From assembly GCA_049999805.1 (NCBI GenBank), contig JBNGIO010005925.1:1-32672 (forward strand): 32,672 nucleotides of DNA, written 5' to 3'. Both the position numbers and the translations under genes were made by a program. The notes under the pieces were generated by a model. It saw nothing but the letters and a program-made list of their open reading frames with translations. It was not told the origin of the DNA and did no database searches. The stretch comes from Folioceros fuciformis. Its lineage: Eukaryota. Positions 10,511-20,418 of this stretch are shown piece by piece. Every line of letters begins with the position of its first letter. Position 1 is the first letter of the stretch.

Positions 10511-11487
10511 CAAATATATCTAAAACAAGTATTGATGGTCATATATAGCCTATAGAGCAATACAAGGCATGTTATAATGCTTGCAATGATATACTATTGG
10601 TGTGTACATTGGTGGTGGCTTAACAATGAACTGTATCAAAGAGTCGTCAATAGCACCTACAATGTTAAGTAGTAGTGTCCACTCAAACTTTGCAGAATGG
10701 CTTCCTAATGTTGTCTTGATGGAATGCCAATGAAAGACAAGTATAATTTCCTAGGATCACTTAATATAGCCATCACAGCCTTTGTGTATTGTACCACTTG
10801 TTGCCACACCCACTCCATGTTTTATGGGCCACCTCATAAGGAGCAATTATCTTCATGGCTGATAATATTGCATCCACCCTTCGCTTCTGATCTTGCACTA
10901 AAGCTGATAGTATTGGTCATGCTTGCATCTGCAAACTCTCCCACAAACCTTGCTGACTAGGTGATTTCCACCAAACCCTAGAAACACTTGGTCTTGTAGT
11001 CTATATTGGCAAACTAATTGTTGCAACCATTACCAACATTATGAAAGAACTCATCACATTACTTGATTCCACCCTAAAACAAGGTTTGATAAGTTTCGCT
11101 ATAGTTTTTCATTTTGAGGGTACATGTTCTAGACAGGCAACATAGAGATTCTATGTGAAAATTCTATCACCCTCCCTGAGTAATCTTTGGTATGTCATAG
11201 TTCCCTGCAACTCCCCGTTGAATTTCCTTGGACACTCCCTCCACATTGTTGGGCAATGGGATGAATTAATATGCAAAACGGTTATAATATACATTGAGGG
11301 AAACAATTATGGTGAGTTATTATACACGACTTGCAGTCTGTGCTGTTTCCTGCACACCTCCCATTGAGGTTAGCCTCTATCCGTAAAAGTTCTGTGTATA
11401 GCGGGTACTAATGGAGACATAGCAGAATGTGCGGGGCACTATTAATGGTGTCACACTTGTTATATGTGCAAACACTCTATTTCCTGT

Positions 11488-11670
11488 TAACTTTAGGCTT
11501 TTGTTAAGCATCATCCCTTACTTTTCACGAATACAAGGTCCACTTTTTTCTCCTTTTTGCATGTAAAGCTTCTGGTCATATTAATCGTGTGAACTTTAGG
11601 CTCTTGTTAAGCATCACCCCACACATTTTACATATACAAGGTCCGCTTTTTTCTCTTCCCTGCATTAAAG
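11488..11670. repeat. Diverged tandem duplication (~103-bp period)
   Basis: AACTTTAGG...TTGTTAAGCATCA...ATACAAGGTCC.CTTTTTTCTC is present twice. Confidence 0.7.
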
Positions 11671-11781
11671 CCCAATGGCTCCCACATTCTACTCACATGA
11701 ACCCGGGAAAAATAGTGGTATGAGAAACGGAAAGCATGGCCCCACTTTACGAAAATCTCGGACTGATACAGAAACAGAGCT

Positions 11782-11885
11782 TAGTCCGTGATAAGGAGGA
11801 GGGTAGTCCCTGATATGGAGAAGGGTAGTCCGTGATACGGAGCCCTCCTCTCTACCCGGAGCTTGGTCCGTGATACGGAGCCCTA
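11782..11885. repeat. Short degenerate repeats (GTCCGTGATACGGAG)
   Basis: About four variants, at 11784, 11806, 11828 and 11866. Confidence 0.65.
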
Positions 11886-11902
11886 CTCATCATGGAGCTT
11901 TC

Positions 11903-12480
11903 TTTTTAAGAATGTTCCTGCAACTTCGTCCCGGACGGACCAGTTTTTAAGAATGTTGCTGCAACTTTGCACCAGATGGACCGGTTTTTAAGAATGTTGC
12001 TGCAACTTCGCACTGGACGGACCGGTTTTTAAGAATGTTGCTGCAACTTCGCACTGGACGGACCGGTTTTTACGAATGTTGCTGCAACTTCACACCGATG
12101 GACGGGCTTTCAAGAATGTTGCTGCAACTTCGCATCGGGACAGATGGGTTTTTAAGAATGTTCCTGCAACTTCGCACCGGGACGACGGGACGGACAGGTT
12201 CTTAAGAATGTGCATGCAACTTTGCACCGGATGGACCGGTATATAAGAATGTTCGTGCAACTTTGCAAGCACAAATCGGTTATTAAGAATGTTCGTGCAA
12301 CTTCGCACCGCACGGACTGGTTTTTTAAATGTTCTTGCAACTTGGCACCGAACGGACCGGTTTTTTAAATGTTCCTGCAACTTGGCACTGGACGAACCGG
12401 TTTTTAACAAGGACGAACCGGTTTTTAACAAACTAGTTTTTAAGAATGTTCCTGCAACTTCGCACCGTATGGACCGGATC
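11903..12480. repeat. ~39-bp tandem minisatellite (roughly 13 copies)
   Basis: Unit TTTTTAAGAATGTT(G/C)CTGCAACTTCGCAC(T/C)GGACGGACCGG. Confidence 0.92.
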
Positions 12481-12610
12481 ATCTTAAGCACTACTAATAA
12501 GGAGCATACCAAAGGAGACATTCTCTAACTATACATTTTTTAAAGGTTTCCTATGGATATCTAGCCACATATTCCCTTTTGATGCTTATATGTTTCTTGT
12601 CCTTTTGATC

Positions 12611-12677
12611 AACCAACCAAACCGGACGCCGCACCAAAGCGTTTGGGAAACCAACCAAACCGGACGCCGCACCAAAG
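12611..12677. repeat. Exact 29-bp direct repeat
   Basis: AACCAACCAAACCGGACGCCGCACCAAAG at 12611 and 12649. Confidence 0.85.
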
Positions 12678-13537
12678 GGATACAGAAGAAATACCACAAC
12701 CCTTAGTTTTCATGTTCACACTCTATAAATTTGTCATGCTAGGGTGGTGGTAAGCTTTTTTTCGATCTGAGGAAACGTTGACATGTGTTCATATGTCAAA
12801 TGTCCGGTGGGGCGCATAACCGGTATGTTTGCAAAAAATCCTAGAGAGACTTTGGTATGCCATAAGAGCCCTTCAGACTGCAAGTTGGAGCTTTGGGTTC
12901 GGTCGTCGTAGGGTGGGAAAAGGGGGCTTCTGAAGAAAAGTGAGCAGGATGCAGCACTTGGCACGCAACTTGCTTGCATCAGAATTTTTGGACGACGGAA
13001 CATTCCCCTCCCCTTAGCCTATCTAACAACCTCGCGGTGGCTGTATCTAGTGCACGGAAGTGTATGGACTCAATCCCCGAGACATAGGACACATTTACAA
13101 CGACAGAACTCTGGGCACGACATCCGCGTCCATGCCACGTTTCCTACCTAGACTAGGTAATTCCACCGCAATCAACCTTCTCTCAAAGCTCAGCCAGCTA
13201 CCAGCTCGCACTGCCCGACGCCACCAGGCAAGTAACCTTCTTGGTCAGCAGACAGCATCATCAGGGATGGATACCTCACACTTACATATGGAACTCGTCT
13301 TATGGTGCACTTACTACTGCGCAAGAATGCACTCTACACTACACCTACTGCACTCAAAGCTAAGCAGCTTGGCTTCAGAGAAGCAGACACGTACTAGTAC
13401 TAACACCGGCCCTTTATCTAGCTAGTCACCTCAATGAATAAGGCTACACATAATTTAAACACATAGCAAATGAAATCAGCCACATTCTGGCGAAACGAAT
13501 AGAACGAATTTCAATAGGTCGGTGCGCTACTCCTAGT

Positions 13538-16500
13538 CTAAACAAAGTAGGAAGCAGAAGTAGTCAAGTCTGACAGGATCTCCAGTTGGTCCTCACTGAA
13601 CAGATACTTCTGTATGGCCCACGTGTCCGAATGAGTGCGTCGAAACTCCGCTATGGTTTTCATTACCGTACCTCTGGTGGGTGGACCTTCCTTGATGAAC
13701 CACGCCAAAGCGCAAATGATATCAGGTAACCATAGAGGAACGTCATAAGGAGAACTCAACACGCAAGCTGCCAGACCCAATGCGATTCCATGAACCTTGG
13801 CAACTGGATACCCAGCAATGCTACTCCTGTTTTTCCTCCTGCCAGACTTTTGGAAGGTCAGAGCCTCGGCCAGTGCCTCGTCCCGAAAACTGGTAACCAA
13901 CTTCTCATCAGCCCCTTTCATCATTCCTGCCAACGTTTCTGCTGCCAGCTCCCGGACCTCCAGCTGAGGATCGAAGAGCAGCTGCCGCACAGTATCCCAC
14001 AGCAGCGTTGACTCTTCCTCAGACATGATGAAGGTATGCCTGAAGAAGAAACACTGCATAGACACTAACGCTGCCACTCTCGTGTGCCAATTGGAGTCCG
14101 CTGTCGATAGAACAATAGCAGCCACAGCTTCTGGGAGATGCGCTGCAGGACATGGCTGATAGTTGAGAAGCCGGAGAGCTAACATGGCCAGCGCAGACAG
14201 CTCCTTCTCAGATGTCTCTTGCAGAGACAGCAGAGGGCGGATGAGGCCCACAATAGTACTGATAACAACCCCTGCCCTGCCAGACTTGATGCAAGCAATC
14301 ATGAAATACAGTGCAGTCTCCATCCACTTCACCGCTTGTTTACTCTCCTCACTTCCAACATCACTGCCGCTGGCATTGCTATCGCCGGAACTCAGGGCTG
14401 ATGCAGAGCTCATTATCTGAATCTTGGATGAGGCACTGACAGCACCCTGCACTAACAGTGAGCTCCAATCCTCGTAATGCACCCCGGCAAAGGAACTATC
14501 CACAGTAACCCCCTCTGTATTCAAGATACCCTTCAAGTTTGACAGCAAGACGCACATAATGTTCCCCACTGCTTCACGAACCTGGGCCGCAGGATGAGCC
14601 ATGCTATCCACTGCTTCTCGTAAAAGCGCTGCCTGGAACTTGTAACCCTTGATCCCGGCAGGCCCAGGCAGTAGCTCTGTAACTGCCGCTTGCAGCAGGG
14701 TTAGTCGCCTTGCAACCAGGCTACTTGATGCTGAGGCTGGTACTGGCTCCACAAGACAGTCAAGTATCTTCCTGGATAGCAATGGCTCACTCACTCCGTC
14801 ATTGCCTTTCCGAGTCATAGCAAAACGAATGCAGGCAGCCCATTCTGTCACGGATTCCAAGTTTGCTTGCATCACCACGTTTCTCAACAACGGGCCAAGC
14901 CATTCATTCCAGGCCTCCAACACACACGTGGCATCTGAATGCAAAAGACCAGCAAACATTTCAGAGGCAACACATTGCTTGCCCCTTTCATCCACAGCGT
15001 TGGCTGCATCCTCAAGTGGGCCACGCAGGGCATCAAGTACCGCTGGACCACATTCCTGAACCAGATATTCAAACACCCTGGCTAAATTAGCTGAGAACGC
15101 TTCACCTCTGGAAGTTATGTCCCAAGTCCTTGTTCGGGGCCACTCTCTGATGAATGAAGGCATATAAGCGGTGATTCCCAGATCTGACATCCTCTGTCGA
15201 CTAGATCCAGCATAATTGTTTCTGCCTGACCTCCCCGGTCCCTCCGGATAGTGGTGATCAAAGGCAAGATTCTGGACAACATTGGCAAAAAAATCGCCAT
15301 CCTGCAAGACTTGCACAATGGAACTTTCCACAGAACGTGGGAATTCTTGAACACCTGATTCGGAAACCTCATTATCCGATCTGCCCTCTGCAGCCACCTG
15401 AGTGGGGGACTGGAGAAGAAATTGCAGGGCAATGATGGACATGGGTCGGAGTGGCGGAAGCTCACTCTTCAAATTGGAGAAGAACTGCCCTGTTATGTAC
15501 TGCCTGGAGGCTGACGTGACATCTTCCCCATATGACGAGCCAAACAACCTGGGAGGAGTCACCAATAGCAGGAGCATGGCATGGGCCATCAATGTGTACC
15601 GCCAATGAACTGTTCCCTGATTGCCCGCCAAGAAGCCCTTGATTTCTGATATCAGTCCATCGTACATGGGACCATCCTCGGAGGCATGAGGCACTTCGCT
15701 TGGCAGGACTCCCCCAAACCGCACATAAAACACAACAAACAGTTCATTTATGGCTGCCTGGGCTTTAATAGTTTCAAGATGAGAACTGCGGAGCAAAGAC
15801 AACAAAAACGAAGCGAACGAAGGCCAATCCTGCATGAGGCACCGAATCACATGCCTCGACATGAGTACCCTACAAGCTCCCAGAGCCGCCTCTTCAACAC
15901 CCTCAGGTCCTCGCAGCGAAGCAGTTAGCAGTGGCATGCAACCCTTCACGAGTGCAGGAAACCTCTTAAGCATCTTGCTCAGGGTGTTTGCTGCTTGACC
16001 TCGCACTGTGTCATAATTGTGGAGAGAGAGTTTCAGAAGATCTCCAGAGAGAGAGAGAACGTGGGCTGGAGGAGCCAGCTTCTTGGTGGTGGGAGTGTAT
16101 GGCCTGTACCCAGCTTGGGACGCTCGCCATTCACTATGCAAGTAGACTTTTTCGATTAGGAACCATTGTGGACGCCGAGGTCCCTTTGTGTATGTGCCTG
16201 TTATAAGATTGATCTGAGGCTCCAGAAAGCTTCTGCTAGATGATCTCCAAGCTAACCAGTCTTCAAACTCCAGTGACCCATAATTACCAGTCAATCCAAT
16301 CACTCGCACCAAAGTCAGAAGCAGCTTGGTATCATCTGCCCTCTCCTTCAGGAAAGATTCACATGCAACATGAAGAGCATCTGCAGTCTCCTCTCGCAAT
16401 TCAACAGATCCAACAGAGGCTCCAGCAGCCCCGGCAACAGTTAAAGATTGGCCAGATAAATCTGCATTTGATGGGCGTCTGAAATCAGGCAAGCAAGATC

Positions 16501-19057
16501 TCACACCATGGAGACTTGCTTCCATGCGTAGCAGGACTACTCGTAGGTCTTCCTTCTCCTGCCGTAAAACATCCCCAGTCTGTGCCTGCTGGCAGAAGCT
16601 CAGCAACTCAGGAAGTACGCATCGCAGGTGTGAGTCCAACAACGCATTGGCATATGCAACTTCCTCTGCACTTGGCGCATGCCATACTGGCGCCTGACCT
16701 TTAAATGTCTCCACATCGAAGTCCTTGATACTCATCCATGCCTCAATGTCAGCGAAGTACTTCTCCCCAGACCTGTATTCCTCAAGTGGATAGTACCGTA
16801 TCAAACTCCCCAGTAAATTACTCAGCAGATGGCTTCCAGCCTCATTCACTTTGGTGGAAGGCGCCCCGAAGGCTGCCTCAATCACATTGTTTAACAGATC
16901 CTTGTAAGGGAGGAGAGCTTCTCCACCAAATGTTACAGCTAGAGCAAGAACATTAATCTGGTGAGAGACTGACGTGGACAGAGCGGGAGACAAGCTTGCC
17001 AGCTTGCCATCTGCTTGATTCCTCAAACCCCTGGAAGGAGCCTCAGCCAGAGCAGAGATTATGGACATCATTATCGGCTTAAGAAGGACTTCCGTTGTCT
17101 CAACCGGACTGGCATATACCGCAGCACGGCAAAGCAGACCTATTTCGTCTGAAGCTCCAGGTAAGACGCTGGTGTGCACAAACTTTGCCACCTTTTTCAA
17201 ACCCTGCTGGAAGAGCGGCTTTGTTAACCTACCAAACAGTAGTTCAATCATAGCGTGACACACGGATCCACGCTGAAGCAGAAAACTATGAGAGCACCGA
17301 CTGAACCCTTCGTCGACTCCCACATCTCCTGCCTGACTACTAGGTTCCAAATGCACCAGCAGTACAAACAGACGGGAGAGAAACTCGTCAAGCCACAGAG
17401 ACCAGTCAATTGGTAGGAAAACATTCCCACCTTCCTCAATGCCACCCAAAACTAGGATGCTTGATATTACAGCAAAATAGAACCGCAATGTTGCCAGGGT
17501 CTTAGGAGGGTCGTTGGCATCCATCCCAGGGAGTGTGTCGAACATGGCAGCGACAAGGACTTCCTTGTAGGCCATACTGGCCATGGTCTCTTCAGTAGCG
17601 TCAAGCATGTCCACATCCTTGCCAGCCAACTGCCGTGAGGCAACCTCCCTTGCTGACACTAGCAGTATGGATCTGGCAGCCAACGCCAGAGTGTTCAAAG
17701 CTGATTCCAACTGATGAGTGGCTGTGATAGTATCCATGGCAGTCTGAAAGCCCGCTATGACCAGAGGTAGAACCAGGGATGGTTCCACATATGCCAGGTT
17801 TGTCGCCGCATCTGCTGCAGTTCTTGCCAGCTGCCCATTCTTGCTGTACTGGCCCCTCTCAATCAGCTTCAACATGGCTTTCACAAACGCCACCCGTTCC
17901 TCCGGGCCTAGAAAGTGGTCACTGTCCACGCCATTTTTCAGCTTCAACCTTTTGCCTTGCTCCTTGGCCAGGCGTTTGAGGAAAAACATGACGAGATATC
18001 GAAGAAACTGTTCAAGAAAAGTCGTCCATGATCCTCCATTAGACGGATGGTAATACTGCTCAAGGAGCTCAACAATAATCTCAAGTTGAACCTGAGCTGA
18101 ACCCCCTGGATGCAGCAGAAAAACAATCGTCCTGGCTATTACTTTAGCATTTGACGTTGACCAGCCAGAGTTGAAGGCAAGCATAACTTCACGCGGAACA
18201 GATCTCTGTACCGGCGATGATGCACTGGCCTTCCCGACAGGTACCTCAAATGACCTCAGAAAGTGCATGAAGAGAGTAGGCATGACGGGCTCCAAGTCAG
18301 CAACAGCAGGGGCACAGTGCTGAATATACCTTCCCACCAGGGAGGACCATTGCAGATTCCAATAGTAGCAGTTTGGGATTGCCGACCACAACTTGAGACA
18401 GTCTGCTAGCCATTGCGGAGTGAAAAAAGTACGGTCCCAATCAGAAGCCGCATATTTGGTGGGGAGAAACAATGAGATGAAACCCACTGCTTCGAGCGCC
18501 AGATTGTGAGACAGATCCTCCAGTGCAGGTTTGAACTCCGCCCAGATCTCCCCAGCAGACTGTGAAGGGAAGTAACGGTGACAGCTTCTCACCAATGATG
18601 ACACCAGCTCCAAGTGTGTCTGCTTCAATGCTAGACCTTCATAGCTATGACGCCTGTTGAAATGAGTATTGAGGAGCAGAACATAGAGGGGCCTCCACTC
18701 AATGTTCAAGACAAGTTTTTTTCGATACTTCTTAACAAGTGTAAGTAGGCAGTGCCCCCATCGAACCTGGACAAAGAGATGGTCATTGGACTGCAGGAAG
18801 ATGTCGAGGCTCAGCTCTGCAAGGCACTGCAAATCCGCCAGATCAAGGTCACTCTTAGCCTTCAAAAATGTGGTGAGAACAGAAATCCACCGCAGTGTTG
18901 CATATCTAGACTGCGGCTCTTGAGGCTTCCATTCGCTTTGGACGGTCTGTACAACAACATGGAATTTCGTCCTCTCCTCAGCTACTCCCTCAAGGATGGG
19001 TGGCGGCAGCCATGCATTGCAGAGGTGGACTTTCTCTGGTTCAGCAGTATCCGCCAT
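13538..19057 (-). CDS. PA200: Proteasome activator subunit 4 (PA200/PSME4/Blm10), 1839 aa, single coding exon
   Basis: The N-terminus HLCNAWLPPP matches the plant PA200 start. Also LLEQYYHPSNGGSWT, GMDANDPPKT, SSPYDVPLWLP and AEFRRTHSDTW, with a C-terminal ...SASYFV (proteasome-docking-type tail). First ATG of the frame is at 19057. Confidence 0.95.
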   Translation of the reverse strand: MADTAEPEKVHLCNAWLPPPILEGVAEERTKFHVVVQTVQSEWKPQEPQSRYATLRWISVLTTFLKAKSDLDLADLQCLAELSLDIFLQSNDHLFVQVRWGHCLLTLVKKYRKKLVLNIEWRPLYVLLLNTHFNRRHSYEGLALKQTHLELVSSLVRSCHRYFPSQSAGEIWAEFKPALEDLSHNLALEAVGFISLFLPTKYAASDWDRTFFTPQWLADCLKLWSAIPNCYYWNLQWSSLVGRYIQHCAPAVADLEPVMPTLFMHFLRSFEVPVGKASASSPVQRSVPREVMLAFNSGWSTSNAKVIARTIVFLLHPGGSAQVQLEIIVELLEQYYHPSNGGSWTTFLEQFLRYLVMFFLKRLAKEQGKRLKLKNGVDSDHFLGPEERVAFVKAMLKLIERGQYSKNGQLARTAADAATNLAYVEPSLVLPLVIAGFQTAMDTITATHQLESALNTLALAARSILLVSAREVASRQLAGKDVDMLDATEETMASMAYKEVLVAAMFDTLPGMDANDPPKTLATLRFYFAVISSILVLGGIEEGGNVFLPIDWSLWLDEFLSRLFVLLVHLEPSSQAGDVGVDEGFSRCSHSFLLQRGSVCHAMIELLFGRLTKPLFQQGLKKVAKFVHTSVLPGASDEIGLLCRAAVYASPVETTEVLLKPIMMSIISALAEAPSRGLRNQADGKLASLSPALSTSVSHQINVLALAVTFGGEALLPYKDLLNNVIEAAFGAPSTKVNEAGSHLLSNLLGSLIRYYPLEEYRSGEKYFADIEAWMSIKDFDVETFKGQAPVWHAPSAEEVAYANALLDSHLRCVLPELLSFCQQAQTGDVLRQEKEDLRVVLLRMEASLHGVRSCLPDFRRPSNADLSGQSLTVAGAAGASVGSVELREETADALHVACESFLKERADDTKLLLTLVRVIGLTGNYGSLEFEDWLAWRSSSRSFLEPQINLITGTYTKGPRRPQWFLIEKVYLHSEWRASQAGYRPYTPTTKKLAPPAHVLSLSGDLLKLSLHNYDTVRGQAANTLSKMLKRFPALVKGCMPLLTASLRGPEGVEEAALGACRVLMSRHVIRCLMQDWPSFASFLLSLLRSSHLETIKAQAAINELFVVFYVRFGGVLPSEVPHASEDGPMYDGLISEIKGFLAGNQGTVHWRYTLMAHAMLLLLVTPPRLFGSSYGEDVTSASRQYITGQFFSNLKSELPPLRPMSIIALQFLLQSPTQVAAEGRSDNEVSESGVQEFPRSVESSIVQVLQDGDFFANVVQNLAFDHHYPEGPGRSGRNNYAGSSRQRMSDLGITAYMPSFIREWPRTRTWDITSRGEAFSANLARVFEYLVQECGPAVLDALRGPLEDAANAVDERGKQCVASEMFAGLLHSDATCVLEAWNEWLGPLLRNVVMQANLESVTEWAACIRFAMTRKGNDGVSEPLLSRKILDCLVEPVPASASSSLVARRLTLLQAAVTELLPGPAGIKGYKFQAALLREAVDSMAHPAAQVREAVGNIMCVLLSNLKGILNTEGVTVDSSFAGVHYEDWSSLLVQGAVSASSKIQIMSSASALSSGDSNASGSDVGSEESKQAVKWMETALYFMIACIKSGRAGVVISTIVGLIRPLLSLQETSEKELSALAMLALRLLNYQPCPAAHLPEAVAAIVLSTADSNWHTRVAALVSMQCFFFRHTFIMSEEESTLLWDTVRQLLFDPQLEVRELAAETLAGMMKGADEKLVTSFRDEALAEALTFQKSGRRKNRSSIAGYPVAKVHGIALGLAACVLSSPYDVPLWLPDIICALAWFIKEGPPTRGTVMKTIAEFRRTHSDTWAIQKYLFSEDQLEILSDLTTSASYFV

Positions 19058-19351
19058 TCCTTTCGCTGCGATGCCAACTTCAGGTCGCTGTGTACCTGAC
19101 TGGTTACCAACAAGCCAACGAACTATCCTGTTTCCACAGTCGGCCGCACACTCCTGAAACCTCTGCCAGTCAACAATTACAGCACAGCCCTGCGATCCCA
19201 CTCAACCCTTGTCCACTCCTGTTCCTCGTCAGAAGGCACGTTGAGCATAGACACTTGGAACCGAGTACCACCACCAACTCCCGTCGTATGCAGAATCCCT
19301 AGCACCAGCAAGAAAAAGCGAAGCGGCTGGTAGCAGGTCAAGGTAGTACTG

Positions 19352-20160
19352 TCAGCATCCCAACACAGCAGGATGGCCGAACTCTTCGATGGTCTTTGTG
19401 GCCAAAACTAGGACATCCATGAAGGCACTGAAAGCGGCCCTTAAGAACCTGGCCTCCACTGCGGCAAAGGTCCTGGTACATGAACAGTACACCACAAATG
19501 AGTTTCTGATGGCTTTGTGCACACCAAACCGGGTGGACACAGACTCCAGAGGAAAAGGAACAAACGAGGACTGTAAATGTCCTGGAATCCGTTGGATTCA
19601 TGTGTCAGAGCACACAGGAGGAGGGCGTCCGAAACTCACACCACAAGAATTTGTCCATTCACCGAGATTTCCCTCGTCACTTTGTCCGGTTGCAGCTGCA
19701 GGCCAACGGGTGCACTGACAAGCATGAGATTGCGGCCACGACGGCAGAGAGAAGCGCTGAAGAGCGGAGATGCATGGTGCGTCACCTCAGAATCGACAGC
19801 AAGAGCAGTCATAACAATCGTTGCCACATCTTGGGATGCATACTCCACTTGCAAGTTGCTGCAAGAATGGTACAAAACTGAGACAGGTCTAGAAGCAGCA
19901 GGAAGGGTAGCAGCAGCAGCAGGTGGTATCAGCAGACTCGACGACGGACCGACCGACGGAACCCATCATCTGCGTCTGCAACACCATCTGCTGTATTTGT
20001 CACCCAATTTCGACAATGCAGTGTGAGCGGGAATTAACAAAGAGGGGACGGCAGGCGCGAGCCGGACGTACCATGTGCAGGTGGTCGCGGGAGCTGCGGC
20101 GGTGGGAGCGAGCTGCGGTCCAGGTCCAGGCGGCGGTGGCGAGACGGCAATGGTTGCCAT
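19352..20160 (-). CDS. PCC1: KEOPS/EKC complex subunit Pcc1 (LAGE3/CTAG family), ~112 aa; exons 20160-20072, 19858-19786, 19695-19640, 19472-19352
   Basis: Spliced product MATIAVSPPP...TCTC-NLQVEYASQDVATIVMTALAVDSE-LQPDKVTREISVNGQILVV-TFAAVEARFLRAAFSAFMDVLVLATKTIEEFG. All introns are GT-AG and phase-compatible. Exon 1 is the least certain. Confidence 0.85.
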
Positions 20161-20418
20161 GTGCCTGGCCCGGCCCGAAGATGTTCCTACTCTCACACAA
20201 AGGCGGTGCAGTGCGGTGGGTTTCCCCGTTCACCTCCTATTTTTTTTCCCCCCCCCTTTTTAGGTCGCTTGCTCAACAGACAAGGGAAGGAAGCTCCCTC
20301 TCTGACCAGACAGGAAGGTGGAGGGTTTCGTTCCGACGAGTTCTCCAGAGCCCTCTCTCTTGGAGAGCAAGGCAAGGAAATAATACGTCCAATTCTAGGT
20401 TTCCGGAATGAGACGCTC

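Larger units (their letters stand above)
10040..10850 (-). mobile_element. Decayed PIF/Harbinger (HARBI1/DDE_Tnp_4-like) transposase pseudogene
   Basis: Manual minus-strand translation, with stops and frameshifts, gives Harbinger motifs in order: GVGVATV, LLNIVGAIDDS (GAIDG), IAL*AIYDH (LQAxxD), GGSNDARIL, PPYIIGDAPY...MKGF, VSHAFG (VExAFG) and LACMC. Boundaries are approximate and no TIRs were found. Confidence 0.8.

Noticed and set aside
11903-12480. CRISPR-like appearance of the ~39-bp array (also 25281-25595 and 26115-26480)
   Set aside because: Units are contiguous with no unique spacers, there are no cas genes, and the context is eukaryotic.
12611-12677. Resemblance of the ACCAAAC-containing repeat to Tourist/Harbinger TIRs
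   Set aside because: The copies are direct rather than inverted, and no partner TIR or target-site duplication was found.
19389-20411. Plus-strand ORFs 19389-19718, 19577-20026 and 19923-20411
   Set aside because: They are antisense to the PCC1 exons and introns, which explain the region better.
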